Made by a program: the position numbers and the translations under genes
Notes under the pieces: model-generated
The model's input: only the letters and a program-made list of their open reading frames with translations
Databases searched by the model: none
What the model was told of the DNA's origin: nothing
In this document: one piece after another, positions 13,569 to 27,700 of the stretch
Layout of the letters: every line of letters starts with the position of its first letter
Position numbering within the stretch: the stretch's first letter is position 1
Origin: Takakia lepidozioides
Lineage: Eukaryota; Plantae; Bryophyta
DNA length: 64,000 nt
Assembly: GCA_030704615.1 (NCBI GenBank)
Contig: CM060731.1
Location: 55,924,001 to 55,988,000, forward strand
Reading direction: 5' to 3'

Positions 13569-14393
13569 TGTCGCGCGGCTTTTACTCACCCATCCCTTTG
13601 CTATCCGAGGTGGGAACTCCAAGATAGAAGAGTTGGAAATCTCTAAGCACTCAGCCCGCTCAGAACAATCAGTCATGACCTACAGCTAGTGTATCATGGG
13701 GGTGTTTCCTATTTGTACTCCTTCCCGCATTCATGTTAACGAGTTACCTTACTATCTGCAATTAAGTATCAGTTTGCTTCAGAAATCTATCAAGTTCCAT
13801 CCATTCATTCCACAGCTTCACTCAGGTCTCTCTACACAGTGTGAGTATGAAGTATGTATCAGATTAATATCTATCAAGTATCAGGCTGAAGCCATGGTGT
13901 CTCTATTCTGCTCTACATTACAACTCTACTTCTTGCATTCAGCAAGTATCAACATATCGTTCTCCTCCTACTCCGTGCTCACCCTCTTTCTGCTCCAAGA
14001 TCCGCTCTCCGCTTCATTTCCAAGTCGTGATCCTCTTCCCCAAAGTCCTTCCAGAAGTGATCCTTTTTCAGTCCTTGCTCCTGGCTTTATCTTCCTACCC
14101 GTTGTTCTAACCGTTTCCCTCACTAACCGTCATCCGTGAACTAACATGTTCCATTCGCAGATGTTGTTCCCCACAGTCGTTCCCTGTCCTGCTATCCGTT
14201 CCTTATGGTCGTGACAGCTATGTCAAGCTGTGACTGGCTGTGCGACTGTGTTGGGCTGTGTCGGCTGTGTCGAGCTGTGACTGGCTGTGACGGCTATGAC
14301 TGGTTGTGTCGGCTGTGTGGGCTGTGTCGGACTGTGTCAAGCTGTGACTGGCTGTGACGGCTGTGTCGGGCTGTGTCGGACTGTGACGGGCTG
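13569..14393 (-). mobile_element. LTR (5' ~150 bp missing), near-identical to the LTR at 53217-54117
   Basis: Starts TGTCGCGCGGCTTTTACTC as at 53217; the encoded 147-aa shadow ORFs differ by one residue; CACAGCC simple repeats; no PBS adjacent. Confidence 0.85.
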
Positions 14394-14946
14394 AAGAAGA
14401 ACCGCGAGTCAAAAGTGAAAGCCCACCTCAACTATGAAGCTCTTCGCCGGAAGTGTTGAGGAGCTTGACTGTTGCTGCTGTGTTTTGACAGTGACTTTTG
14501 CATGATGACTTCATTTTTTATAAGGTTCTAAGTTAGTTTAGCTTTGCCTTTAGCTGGCTGCCCTCTGCTCTATTTGTGCTAGATTCACTCGGTGATCCTT
14601 GTCTGGTTTCTTTCTCAGCTCTTCGTGACTGCGGAGGTTCTGGGCTTCCTTTTTCGGGGACTCTTGGCAGGACTGGTTAGTCGGTATGTTGCTCGTTTGC
14701 CCAGCTCTGCTCTTGCTTAGGTTCTCTTTCTTTTTCGCACCTGGTCTTTGGCTGGCTGAGCTTACTCGGTGACCTGGTGTCGAGCTTTCAGCTGGCCTAC
14801 GATGGCTGGGTTAGGGTGTTACCCAATCTTCCTGATGTATCCATCACGGACCTCACATGGTTATTTTTTCCATGTTAACTAATATGACTTACAGGGCCTC
14901 CGTCCCCTTTCTGTTTAAAAAATATCACTTGGCTAACAACGAGTAT

Positions 14947-15765
14947 CTAGCATATGGGACATATCCTGCGATCATCGCCTTCCATGTCGTTCAGCCATAT
15001 TGTCGAACACTCCCTATGTATCTTTGATGCCGCCGCATTGGCATACATGTCGAGCATAGTAGTGTTCAGAATGATATCTGGTACCATTCCAGCTTTGATA
15101 ATATCACCGTGGACCTCTTTGCCCTTCTCCAGGGCTGCCAGGCTCGCACATGCATTGCAAACGCAAACAAATGTGACCCGGTTGGGCTTCACCCCTTCCT
15201 GCATCATTTGCTCATAGATCTCCAAAGCCTCCATCCAACACCCCTGCTGAGCATATCCTGCGATCATTGCATTCCACGACACCTCATCCTGTTTGGCCAT
15301 ATTGTCAAATACTCCCTTAGCATCCTCAATGCTGTCACATTTGGCATACATGTCCACTAGGGTATTGCTCAGAATGACATCTGGTACAATTTGAGCTTTG
15401 ATGATGTCACCATGGACCTCTTTGCCATTTTCCAAGGCTGTCAGGCTCGCACACGCATTGCAAACGCAAACAAACGTGACCTGGTTGGGCTTCACCCCTT
15501 CCTGCATCATTTGCTCATAGGTTTCCAAAACCTTCATCCTGCACCTTTGCTGACCATATCCTGCGATCATCGTGTTCCATGACACAACCATATTGTTGAA
15601 CACTCCCATTGCATCCTTGGTGCAGCTGCCAAATTTGGCATATATGTCCACCAGCGTATTGCTCAGAACCATATCTGGTACAATTCAGCTTTAATGACAT
15701 CACCACGGACCTCTTTGTCCTTTTTCAGGGGTGCCAGGCTTACACAAGCGTTACAAACGGAAATG
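14947..15765 (-). pseudogene. PLS-PPR gene fragment (about 2.5 triplets, no E/DYW domain)
   Basis: Same P-L-S consensus as the neighbouring genes, with small deletions and a frameshift at the C-terminal end. Confidence 0.85.
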
Positions 15766-16614
15766 AACGTTTAAATGCTTCACTACTCTACAATTGTTTC
15801 ATACCTGTTCCGAAACTTAGTCTGAAACAGTAGGAAATGGTGTTCTGGAGCTAGTAGAGTAGATGGATTCGTCCCCAACCTTGATCTGCAATATGCACAC
15901 ACTAATGTTATATTGTGAGGTAGTCAATTCATGAATCATAGATTAATAACATAAGACCGAAATACAATTACAATGACTGTGGGAACTTGCGGCTGCCACA
16001 GGATTAGATCTTGGTGGGTCAGGGCTAACTTTTGACACCAAAAATGAAAAATAGTCGAGGGCTCTATCTGAAGCAGCACCATAAACATACAGACATGACA
16101 AAGTATAACAAATGTGTGCACAAGGCTGTCCCTCTAATAAAGCTCATCACAAGTCATATTCACCTTCATCTTCAAGCTTCAAAGAAGCTCCACCATCCAC
16201 AAGTTGGCGTAAATAAGGGCGTCTTCCCCTTGTGGGTACCGCTCCCTTTCGGGGATAGACCCATCCACACCAAAATTACAATATTTCTCTGATTTCCTTC
16301 CATTAGGCTGCTCCAATCAAGTCCAATTAAGGGCTGTCTTTCGACCTAAGCCATGGACAGAGGTCAGACGCACTGCATAGGTCATCCAGTGAGGCCTAAG
16401 CAGTGCACAAGTTGGATGAGGATGGGCATGGTGAAGGATGGTCAAATCTCAATTTTGTGTGGTGATTTTGACCCCACAATTGGCTCGTGGAAGATTCATA
16501 AGCCAGAGGAAATACCCTCAACAGTACATCAGAGCCAATATTCTCAGGAAAGGGTGGTAGACCCACAGATCAATGAATGAAGCAAGACTCTCACGCCTAT
16601 CCAAAAAACACGTT

Positions 16615-19600
16615 TCACCAGTAATCCCCACAAGAACAAACCCCATCTTCGAAGTGATGAAAGCGGTTAGCATCCCGAACAAGAATTGCTCGGCCAACAA
16701 TCTTTGAGATGAACTTGGTGGCAGTGTGGCAGTCACCACACACCCGAAGATTCTTGATGACACGGAGAGGTGTCCCAGGGGCCGTGCTGATCAGCCCAAA
16801 AGCAATGGCCAGCTTCTCACTGTGGTGGCAAAGAGTGACTTCCTTTCTCTCCTCCTCCACATCATGCAATACAAAGTGCGTGTCAGGCACATACCCTGCC
16901 TCCTTCATCGGCCCAGACAATCTTCTCAGCTCAGCATGGATTTCCTCAAGTTTTGGATGCAATTTGTCATCCACAATGAAGGTGTGCACCCTGTTGCTGA
17001 CCTCAATGCAGCAGTGACCTGGCTCCTTCCTAACACCTCTGACCTTCATCATTTTTCTCACCTTTGCACTATCATCCCACCTGCCAGCTGCAGCATAGAT
17101 GTTTGATAGCAACACATAAGTTGCGGCATCCTGTTGATCCCACTTGAGTATAGATGTTGCCGCACGTTCCGCCATCTCCACATTGCCATGAATTCTGCAG
17201 GCACCTAGCAAGGCCATCCATACCACAGCATTTGGTTTCATTGGCATTTTGTTAATAAAATCCTCTGCCTCATCCAATTGTCCTGCACGGCCAAGAAGGT
17301 CCACCATGCAGCCAAAGTGCTCCACAGCTGGAGTGATGCCATGATCTTGACTTAGGGAGTTGAAGTAGTATCTACCTTCATCCACTAGGCCAGCATGGCT
17401 ACATGAAGAGAGAACACATATAAAGGTGATACTGTTCAGCTTCAAGCCTTCCATTTGCATTTCTTGAAATAGTTGCAGGGCCTCCATATCACGACCATGC
17501 TGGCCATATCCTGCAATCATTGCGGTCCATGACACCACGTTTCGTTGGGCCATATTGTCAAACACTCCCTTTGCGTCCTTGAGGCTCCCACATTTTGCAT
17601 ACATATCCACCAGGGTATTGTTAAGAATGACGTCAGGTGCAATTCCAGCTGTCATGATGTCACCATGGACATCTTTACCCTTCTCCAGGGCTGCCAGGCT
17701 TGCACATGCATTGCAAATGCTTACGAACGTGACCTGGTTCGGTTTCACCCCTTGCTCTATCATTTGCTCATACATCTCCAAAGCCTTCATCCCACGCCCA
17801 TGCTGGGCATATCCTGAGATCATGGTGGTCCACGACACCACATCTCGTTGGACCATATTGTCAAACACTCCCTTTGCATCCTTGAGGCTTCCGCATTTGG
17901 CATACATATCAACCAGGGTGTTGTTCAGAATGAGATCTGGTACAATTCCAGCTTTGACAATGTCGCCATGTACCTCTTTGCCTTTTTCCAGGGCTGCCAG
18001 GCTTGCACAAGCATTGCAAACACTTACGTACGTGACCTGGTTGGGCTTCACCCCTTCCTGCATCATTTGCTCATACGTCTCCAAAGCCTCCATCCCGCAT
18101 CCATGCTGGGCACATCCTGCTATCAATGCAGTCCATGACACCACATTTTGTTCAGCCATACTGTCGAACACTTCCTTTGCATCCTTGACGCTCCCGCATT
18201 TGGCATACATATCCACCAGGGCATTGTTCAGAATGACATCTGGTACAATACTAGTCTTGATGATGTCACCATGAACCTCTTTGCCCTTCTCCAGGGCTGT
18301 CAGGCTTGCACACGCATTGCAAACGCTTGCAAACGTGACCTGGTTGGGCTTCACCCCTTCCCACATCATTTGCTCATAAGTCTCCAAAGCCTCCATCCCA
18401 CACCCAGCACGGGTATATCCTGCGATCATCACATTCCAGCACACCACATCTCGTTGGGGCGTATGGTCGAACACTTCCTGTGCATCCTTGATTCTCCCAC
18501 ATTTGGCATACATGTTCATCAGGGCAGTGTTCAGAATGACATCTGGTACGATTCCAGTTTTGACAATATCACCATGGACCTCTTTGCCCGTTTCCAGGGC
18601 TCCCAGGCTCGCACATGCATTGCAAATGCAAACAAACGTGATGTGGTTGGGCTTCACCCCTTCTTGCATCATTTGCTCATATGTCTCCAAGGCATTCTTA
18701 CCACATCCATGCTTGATAAATCCTGCAATCAATATATTCCATGTCACCAAACCTCGTTCAGGCATTTTGTTGAACACTTGGTGTGCATCCACGATGCTCC
18801 CACATTTCACATACATGTTGAGAAGGGTGTTTTGCAGAAAAATGCTTGGCTTGAATGCACTTTGGATGATGTGAGTGTGCACCTGCTGTCCCGAATCCAG
18901 GCATTTCATCTGGATGCACTTATACAAGAGACAAACATAAGCATCTGAATCTGCCGAAATGCCTCTATGGTTCAAGCTTTGTAGTGCCTCTTTCAATTGC
19001 CCTGTGTCACACAGCATCCTCACATGACCAGAATTGCCAGAAGAGGTCTTGTGGACTTCCTCTCTTCGTCCTCTTTCGGAAGCTGTGGCTATGGTGGAGG
19101 TGCCTGATTTTATCAACTGTGCTGCTGCTGCTGCTTCCAGTTGGCCACTGACCCATGCATGTTTCTTGTAGCTACCAATCCACAGGGAATCATACGTAGG
19201 AATCTGCACCCACCACCCCTCAGCTTTTCCTGCCCGGCACTATTATTGCAAACATCCTCCCCTTTCTGCTAGCAGCTGACAAAGGCAGCCTAACGTTTTC
19301 TAGCAAACACCCCAACCCAACTTATCACAGACTAGTTCTTATGTTGAATTGCTACAATGTGCTGGGGAGAAAGAGATTGTACTCATAAGACGTTGTTTGC
19401 CGTAGCCTTGTGGCCATTGACCCCGCGCCCAGTTTGAGCGGGAACAAAAGGGACAGAACCTACCTCTGTCAGGGGCTGACGTTGGTAGTAAGACTTACCT
19501 CCATATAAAGAATTAATCCGGGTTTTCCAGATATCCTCTAGAAATCCCTTCACACAAGCATCAATCTGCTGTGTGTGATTAGCCCAAAAACTAGGCCTCA

Positions 19601-22600
19601 GGAGGGCCTGGGCTTTTGGCTCAGCCTCGAGACTTTCAAAGTTGGTAAACAGGGGTACAGGCACAATTCCCTTAATAGATTTGAAGAGTGCGTCTCTTTG
19701 GTGAGAGAACCCTGGACAGTGTATCAGAAAATGAATACTGTCTTCAGATTGCCCACACAACGGGCAATTGCACTCTCCCTTTCCTCTCTGCTTCTGTTTG
19801 CTGTTCAAAGGTAGGCTTCCTGCCCTGAGTTTAAATTTCAGTCTAGTGCCGAGAGTGGGTAGACCCTTGAGGTCATCCAAGATGTCCTCCCCCATGTCAC
19901 AGACTGGAAACAAGTTCAGGGAAGTTTTCTGCCTAACTTCATTTTCATCAGACAATCTCATGGCAACAGACATGGCTGAGGACACTACAGCCTCTAAGTC
20001 AGATTTATCCAGCAGGGTCAAGACTTGCGGATCCAGGTCCAGGTCCTTGAGGATCTCTTCTACTCTCTTCTGCCAGGACTTAGCCTGTTTGACAGGGCGG
20101 TCCTGTTTCCAAGATATAGAGTTGATTAACTTAGGATATCTGGTGTTGGGCATATGTTGCAGCTGACCCCACCATCTGACCTTGAATTCATCTCGTCGGG
20201 AGCTTAAGGACGGAACACCAAACTCACCCCGAACAGCCACATTGGCTGTTTTGGAGCATGCTGACATACACTCCTTAAGCACCCCCACTTGAATGGATTC
20301 TAGAGACTTAGCCTGGTTGGAGTTATCAACCCATATAGCAGATCCGTACTCCAAGGCAGGTCTAGTAACGCGACAAAGCATGGTTTTCTTAACCTCAGAG
20401 TTGACCCCTCAGCAGTGGAAAAATTTAGTGAGCCCCAGAGCTTTGCCCTTGCCAGTTTGAACAACTTTCCGGATATGTGCATCCCAATTACAATTGGAGG
20501 AGAACTCAACGCCCAGGTATGTGTAGGCAGGGAGGACCGGGATCTCTTGGCTACCCCACTGCCACTTAAGATCACTTCCTCCCTCTCCTCTGTCGTTGAA
20601 TGCTACCACTGCACATTTGCTGACATTAGCCTCTAGCCCCCAAAGATCAAAGTATCTCTTCGCGCAATCAATCAACTCCTGGAGATTGGTTGGAGTCTCC
20701 CCTCTGCCTGCGAAGTCATCCGCAAACATAAGGGCTGGTATAGTGGTATCACCCACCCTTAACCCAAATCCCTCACTTTCCACATCCTCAAGGAGTTGAT
20801 TGATGAAAACATTGAAGAGCAGAGGGGAGAGAGTACATCCTTGAGCTACACCTTGGTCTATGTCAAAGAAGTTGGACTTCTGTCCGTTAACAGTGACACA
20901 GCTTTTGGTGTGAGCATACAAGTTGTGGACAACTCTCCACATCTTTCCCTTGATCCCACAAGACCAGAGGCGGAACCATAGGCCATCTCTCCACACTGTG
21001 TCATAAGCCTTTTTGACATCCAGGAAAAAGACATAAGTGGGTTTCCCTTCTTTTTTTCTTCCCTGGATAATCTGGCTTAGAGTGAAGATATGATCCACAC
21101 AGCCCCTGTTTCGCCGAAAGCCAGCTTGGCCTTCGTGGAAACAACCTCTAGACTCCAGATCAACCTCGAGACGAGTACTTATAACTCTGCAGAATGTCTT
21201 GCCAACAGCATTGAGGAGCGTGATGCCACGGTAGTTCCCCGGTTCTTCTCTGTCACCCTTCTTGTATAGATTGACAATGACCCCCTGTCGCCAGCGAAAG
21301 GGGATCATTTCAGTCTTCCAGATAAGGTTCAAGAGGAGAACTAGGGCCTCTATCATGGGATCGCCACCGTGCTTGATAAGCTCGTTGACAATACCATCAG
21401 GTCCACCAGCTTTATATCCATTTAAATGTTCAATTGTTTCCACAATCTCAGAAGAACTAATGGGAGCATTATAAGCCATTGAAATATACTCCAGTTCATC
21501 AGGGCTGTTTTGAATCATAGGAACAGTTTTTCCAACTGTGTCCCTCCATTCAGCAGAAGACCCCTCACTGTTAGACCTAGAAGTTCTGCCAAGGATACTG
21601 TAGTGAGTTTCAAAGGTTTTGACAATGTCAACCGATGAAGTAACCACTGCACCTTTAGTAGTCTTCAGCGCTTGTACTTGCTGACCGTTTTTCGGTTTGT
21701 ACAAACGTTGAAGGGCCAACCAGAATTTCTTGTCATTACCACCATGGTGGTTTGAGTTTATTTCACTGTATAACTTGTCCCAGTATAATTTATTCTGAGA
21801 CCTAACAAGCTGATTGATATCTTTACGGAGCTGGTAGTACCTCGCCCACAATTCTCTGTTGGTTTCCAAATTGAAGCACTCTTTATAGAGGGCTCGTCTC
21901 TCAGCTATCTTGAGTTTAATCTCATTAGTCCACCAATTAACTGCTCTACCGCAGACAATTAGTTTCCTCCCAATGATCTTGTCAGCCATGGAGGAAATGA
22001 AACTCTCCCAAGAGTCCACTGCTCTTTCGACTTCATTTCTTGCGTTAACAGAGCGTGACTGAAGTTCTTGGAGTGATTGGACAAAATGAGGGAGAGCCTC
22101 TTGCAAGGCCTGGACGTACTCAGCCTTGACCTCCTCATTGTGGAATTTTTCTATGTGCCACTTCCGAATCGAACGTTTCACAGATCTCTTGGTGGTGGGA
22201 AAACACCTTTTGATCTCAGTCCAAACCAGGAAGTGGTCAGAGGTACCAATATCAGTTCTGTCGATCAACACATTGGCACACTGGGGGATCAAAATTTTGT
22301 CCATTATGATATAGTCCACAATGGAACGTTCCCCAGTTTGGGGTTTCTCACGAGTCCACTGCACTTGGTCACCTCTTGTCCTGTTATTCAAGGTCAAAAG
22401 CTGAAGCTCTTCTAGACAGTTAATTAACCGTCTGCCATTAGAATTCAGCTCGTCCTCACCAAAAGGTCCAATGATATCGTCCTGATGGATCCCTTTGAAC
22501 GAAGCACAGTCCAGCTTTACATCTTCGAAGGCCTTGTCTGCGTCAGCACTAAGGGTCCCCTCTGTGGGCATGTAAACACAACCAACAAAGAGGTCCTTTG

Positions 22601-24348
22601 TACTCATGCCGCCCTTCAAATTCAGTTTTAGCCAGATACTATGCTCGTACCTCAAACCCTTGTTCATAATTTCACAATTGTCAAACAAGAAATCACGGAC
22701 AAAGAATCCGACCCCATTTTGACCGCGTTTGGCAGAGGCTGCCTTGAGAGTACACATCTTACCTGCCCATTTATAACCAATGACATCTCCAACCAGTTTA
22801 TCCGACGTTTCCCATGTTTCTTGCCCAGCACAGATATGAATATCATTAGTCCGAAGAACTTGTCCCACTTCAAGTTGTTTCCTTTGGTTGGTCAACCCTG
22901 AGAAGTTGAAAGTGGCCAGCCGCAAGCCAGCCCTTTGCCTGTGAATTGTTTGTCGTCTAGGTAGCTTGTGATTGCTCCTGGACGGCCAACCGTTCTGCAA
23001 AGGGGGGACAGTTACCCCATGTGTAGATTTTGCTTGTCTTGTGTAAACTTTGAGAATTGGTAAACCATTCAGGGTACCAAATCTTTCAGTTACACGACGC
23101 ACAGGCTCCGCACACATAGGGGCAGATTGTCCGTCAGACTGCTTGGGGACAATTACCCCGTCTGCACACTTAGGGACAGGTTGTCCATCTGACGGCTTGG
23201 GGACAATTACCCCGTGTATAGAATTTGTTCGTCTTGTGTAAACCTTGAGGATTGGTAAACCATTCAGAGTACCAAATCCTTCAGATTCAGGACGTTCAGG
23301 TTCCGTACACTTAGGGGCATCTTGTCCTTCTGGCTGTTTGGATTCAACCTCATCCAGAGCATCAAACTGATTAGAAACTCTCAAGTTGAAGTTGTTGCCC
23401 TTGGTTGTCGTCCTAGAGCGCCCCATTGAATCACCAATGTCTAAGACCGCTCTCCAGCCAGTCAAGGGACGAACTTCTTTGAGATTGAATTGATGCGGGA
23501 CTCTATTAGAAGCACTTTTGGTCATTGCAACCTTCAACGTACCCCTGTTATCAAGTCTCGAGATGGTACCATTAGCCATGAAATCCAAGCCTAAGCTAGA
23601 GCATGTAGTTTTAAAGGACACATCGTCCATCCTGGGATTCACCCCAAAAACTACACATGAAGCCCTAGATTTGGCATAATGGGGAGAAAGAGATGCATCT
23701 TGTTGTCTTGTTCTCTCTGTAATTTAATTCTGTAATGTAACAGGCATTCACCTTGTCGCCTCCGTTTTCCCACCATTCACTGGGGTCCAAACAAAATTGC
23801 TTCCAAAGCTTCTCCTGGTCTCTGTTTTTTGGATATTTGCCTGTTGCCACAATGCAGTAACATGTCAAAATCACTCCAAACCACCATGGATCCACCGACG
23901 AGCTAACATGCAGAAGGGACAATTCTACTAAAGAGGACAAAACAGGACGAAATGTGTTGGAGAAGACCATGCCCTCACCACATTTCCCTTGACCTTGTGT
24001 CATATAAGCAGCTGGTTTTTCTTTCACCCAAGGAGGATTCAACCCATCATCAATCCAAAGGACCACTGGTGTGCGCTGCTTGTATCTGTAGTCAGGTGAT
24101 CTCGGTTTGGTCTGCAAGAACCACCACGGTGCAGCTGAGCAGCTATAGATTTAAACATGGCGCCTAAGACTATAATACATATTCAACACCAGGAAAATGA
24201 ACAATTATGAGACCTCATATTCGCAGAACGGACGAACATCTTTACAATGTGCGTTAAGAAAGCCACACCGTGCCATTGCGGTTGTCCCACCACTGTGAAG
24301 GATCTTTAAAAAACTCATGCCAGTGCTGCTCCAGGCTCGATGGTCGAC
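16615..24348 (-). CDS. PPR-DYW gene 1: PLS-PPR-E1-E2-DYW with N-terminal PDF-motif exons (24348-24269, 24111-23979, 23840-23752, 19203-16615); first exon not resolved
   Basis: 864-aa ORF with P-L-S triplets, HSEKLA, CGDCH and terminal DYW (high confidence); upstream exons have GT-AG ends with compatible phases 1-0, 0-1, 1-0 (moderate confidence). Confidence 0.85.
19378..23679 (-). mobile_element. LINE (APE endonuclease, RT, C-terminal CCHC), 5'-truncated, inside an intron of gene 1
   Basis: TFNFSGL, QETW, SDH; QGCTLSPLLF, FADD; CPLC..HFLIHC; 15-bp TSD TGGGGAGAAAGAGAT at 19363-19377 and 23680-23694. Confidence 0.95.
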
Positions 24349-24707
24349 CTTTGTGCACAAAACTCCGACAACATCAATACTTTGACAGGTTCCTTATGGA
24401 GGAGTGCTAGTGCTGTCAACAACATATATGCAAAGCACTCTAGGCTCCAGTGGACTCTACACATGAGGAACATACGAACATGTCCACATTTACACAGATG
24501 CTAAACAAGACTGTGCAAGACAAGGCTGCGCCTCTAATCAGTTCACTGTGAGTCGTGTCTTGCATCGAGGTAAAAAGTACACGGACCAGCACATCTCTCA
24601 GACACCGCCGGGATGGCAGCGTCTTCCCGCGTTCTCCTGCACGCGCATACCCACTCCATACTCGAGGTCTCCTCTTGGGTGCAGCGGATTAAAGGGCTGG
24701 GCTGGCT

Positions 24708-27700
24708 ATGGAGCTGAAATCGACATCCCCCTTGGCAATGGTGGCTATGGCGCCTTCTGGGATGCCATTCAAATTAGGTGATAACACGAAACTCTCCGCG
24801 GTTTCCTTTATTGGGGTCGCTGTGTTGTATGTATGCGCCATCGGATCCAGGCTCGGAATCGTCTTTGGGGCAATTCAGCAGAACGAGTACTGTGGGCAAA
24901 GAAGCAAGAAAGTGCACGGGATCGTTAGACAAGGCCTATAATTGGTATATTTGGCGTGCAGGTCAACCCTGGAGCATGGAAGAGCGCTGGCAAGAGTTCT
25001 TTAAAGATCCTTCAGAATGGTGGGACAGTAGCGGTGACATTGTGAGCTTTCTTCATTCATGTATGATGTGAAGGAGTCCGAGCGAGTTTGACTGAACTCT
25101 GGTGTGATCGTACTGTGTAGATTGGAATGTACCCCTAGTTGTTGACAGAATTCAGAATCTCACTTTGCTTGCCAAAACTGCTTTTACTGTCAGTTGCGGG
25201 GTTGTTCTTCCTGAGTAGGGCATAAAAGTCGGATTCGCCAGGTCTTTTCCCTAGAGTTTGCAAGGTACCTGGGAGGGTTGAGACTCTGGCTGCTCAGCTG
25301 CTCCCTGGTCGTTTTCACAGACCCCTCCAAACTCTCCAGACTATAGACATAAGCTTGTCCGTGTAAGGTTGGATATGTTTGAATGTTCCTCATTGTGTAG
25401 AGTCCAATGGAGCCCAAAGTGACTTGCATGAATGTTGTTGAAAGCCCAGTAGCACTCCTCCATAAGGGAAATTGTCAAAATTCTTGATGCTGTTGGATTT
25501 TCGGGCACGAAGCTCTACCTTGGAGTGCATGGAGCACGGGGCATGAGAAAGATCCTTCACAATGGTGGGACAACGGCAATCACAAGGTGTGGTTTCTTAC
25601 TGTAGAAATTCAAAACAGCCCTGATGAACTGGAGTATATTTCAATGGCTTATAATGCTCCCATTAGTTCTTCTGAGATTGTGGAAGCAATTGAACATTTA
25701 AATGGATATAAAGCTGGTGGACCTGATGGTATTGTCAACGAGCTTATCAAGCACGGTGGCGATCCCATGATAGAGGCCCTAGTTCTCCTCTTGAACCTTA
25801 TCTGGAAGACTGAAATGATCCCCTTTCGCTGGCGACAGGGGGTCATTGTCAATCTATACAAGAAGGGTGACAGAGAAGAACCGGGGAACTACCGTGGCAT
25901 CACGCTCCTCAATGCTGTTGGCAAGACATTCTGCAGAGTTATAAGTACTCGTCTCGCGGTTGATCTGGAGTCTAGAGGTTGTTTCCACGAAGGCCAAGCT
26001 GGCTTTCGGCGAAACAGGGGCTGTGTGGATCATATCTTCACTCGAAGCCAGATTATCCAGGGAAGGAAAAAAGAAGGGAAACCCACTTATGTCTTTTTCC
26101 TGGATGTCAAAAAGGCTTATGACACAGTGTGGAGAGATGGCCTATGGTTCCGCCTCTGGTCTTGTGGGATCAAGGGAAAGATGTGGAGAGTTGTCCACAA
26201 CTTGTATGCTCACACCAAAAGCTGTGTCACTGTTAACGGACAGAAGTCCAACTTCTTTGACATAGACCAAGGTGTAGCTCAAGGATGTACTCTCTCCCCT
26301 CTGCTCTTCAATGTTTTCATCAATCAACTCCTCGAGGATGTGGAAGTGAGGGATTTGGGTTAAGGGTGGGTGATACCACTATACCAGCCCTTATGTTTGC
26401 GGATGACTTTGCAGGCAGAGGGGAGACTCCAACCAATCTCCAGGAGTTGATTGATTGCGCAAAGAGATACTTTGATCTTTGGGGGCTAGAGGCTAATGTC
26501 AGCAAATGTGCAGTGGTAGCATTCAACGACAGAGGAGAGGGAGGAAGTGATCTTAAGTGGCAGTGGGGTAGCCAAGAGATCCCGGTCCTCCCTTCCTACA
26601 CTTACCTGGGCGTTGAGTTCTCCTCCAATTGTAATTGGGATGCACATATCCGGAAAGTTGTTCAAACTGGCAAGGGCAAAGCTCTGGGGCTCACTAAATT
26701 TTTCCACTGCTGAGGGGTCAACTCTGAGGTTAAGAAAACCATGCTTTGTCGTGTTATTAGACCTGCCTTGGAGTACGGATCTGCTATATGGGTTGATAAC
26801 TCCAACCAGGCTAAGTCTCTAGAATCCATTCAAGTGGGGGTGCTTAAGGAGTGTATGTCAGCATGCTCCAAAACAGCCAATGTGGCTGTTCTGGGTGAGT
26901 TTGGCGTTCCGTCCTTAAGCTCCCGACGAGATGAATTCAAGGTCAGATGGTGGGGTCAGCTGCAACATATGCCCAACACCAGATATCCTAAGTTAATCGA
27001 CTCTATATCTTGGAAACAGGACCGCCCTGTCAAACAGGCTAAGTCCTGGCAGAAGAGAGTAGAAGAGATCCTCAAGGACCTGGACCTGGATCCGCAAGTC
27101 TTGACCCTGCTGGATAAATCTGACTTAGAGGCTGTAGTGTCCTCAGCCATGTCTGTTGCCATGAGATTGTCTGATGAAAATGAAGTTAGGCAGAAAACAC
27201 CCTGAACTTGTTTCCAGTCTGTGACATGGGGGAGGACATCTTGGATGACCTCAAGGGTCTACCCACTCTCGGCACTAGACTGAAATTTAAACTCAGGGCA
27301 GGAAGCCTACCTTTGAACAGCAAACAGAAGCAGAGAGGAAAGGGAGAGTGCAATTGCCCGTTGTGTGGGCAATCTGAAGACAGTATTCATTTTCTGATAC
27401 ACTGTCCGGGGTTCTCTCACCAAAGAGACGCTCTCTTCAAATCTATTAAGGGAATTGTGCCTGTACCCCTGTTTACCAACTTTGAAAGTCTCGAGGCTGA
27501 GCCAAAAGCCCAGGCCCTCCTGAGGCCTAGTTTTTGGGCTAATCACACACAGCAGATTGATGCTTGTGTGAAGGGATTTCTAGAGGATATCTGGAAAACC
27601 CGGATTAATTCTTTATATGGAGGTAAGTCTTACTACCAACGTCAGCCCCTGACAGAGGTAGGTTCTGTCCCTTTTGTTCCCGCTCAAACTGGGCGCGGGG

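Noticed and set aside
13696-14139. 147-aa ORF duplicated at 53344-53787
   Set aside because: Lies wholly within the LTR; identity reflects LTR identity and the frame is not kept in the diverged 50368-51398 copy
14394-14930. Possible 3' end of another LINE (T-rich, ends TTAAAAAA)
   Set aside because: No coding remnant or TSD that I could support
25587-26363. LINE pair as part of one segmental inverted duplication of the PPR gene
   Set aside because: Different TSDs and insertion points, and the LINEs are far more similar to each other than the surrounding paralogous introns are
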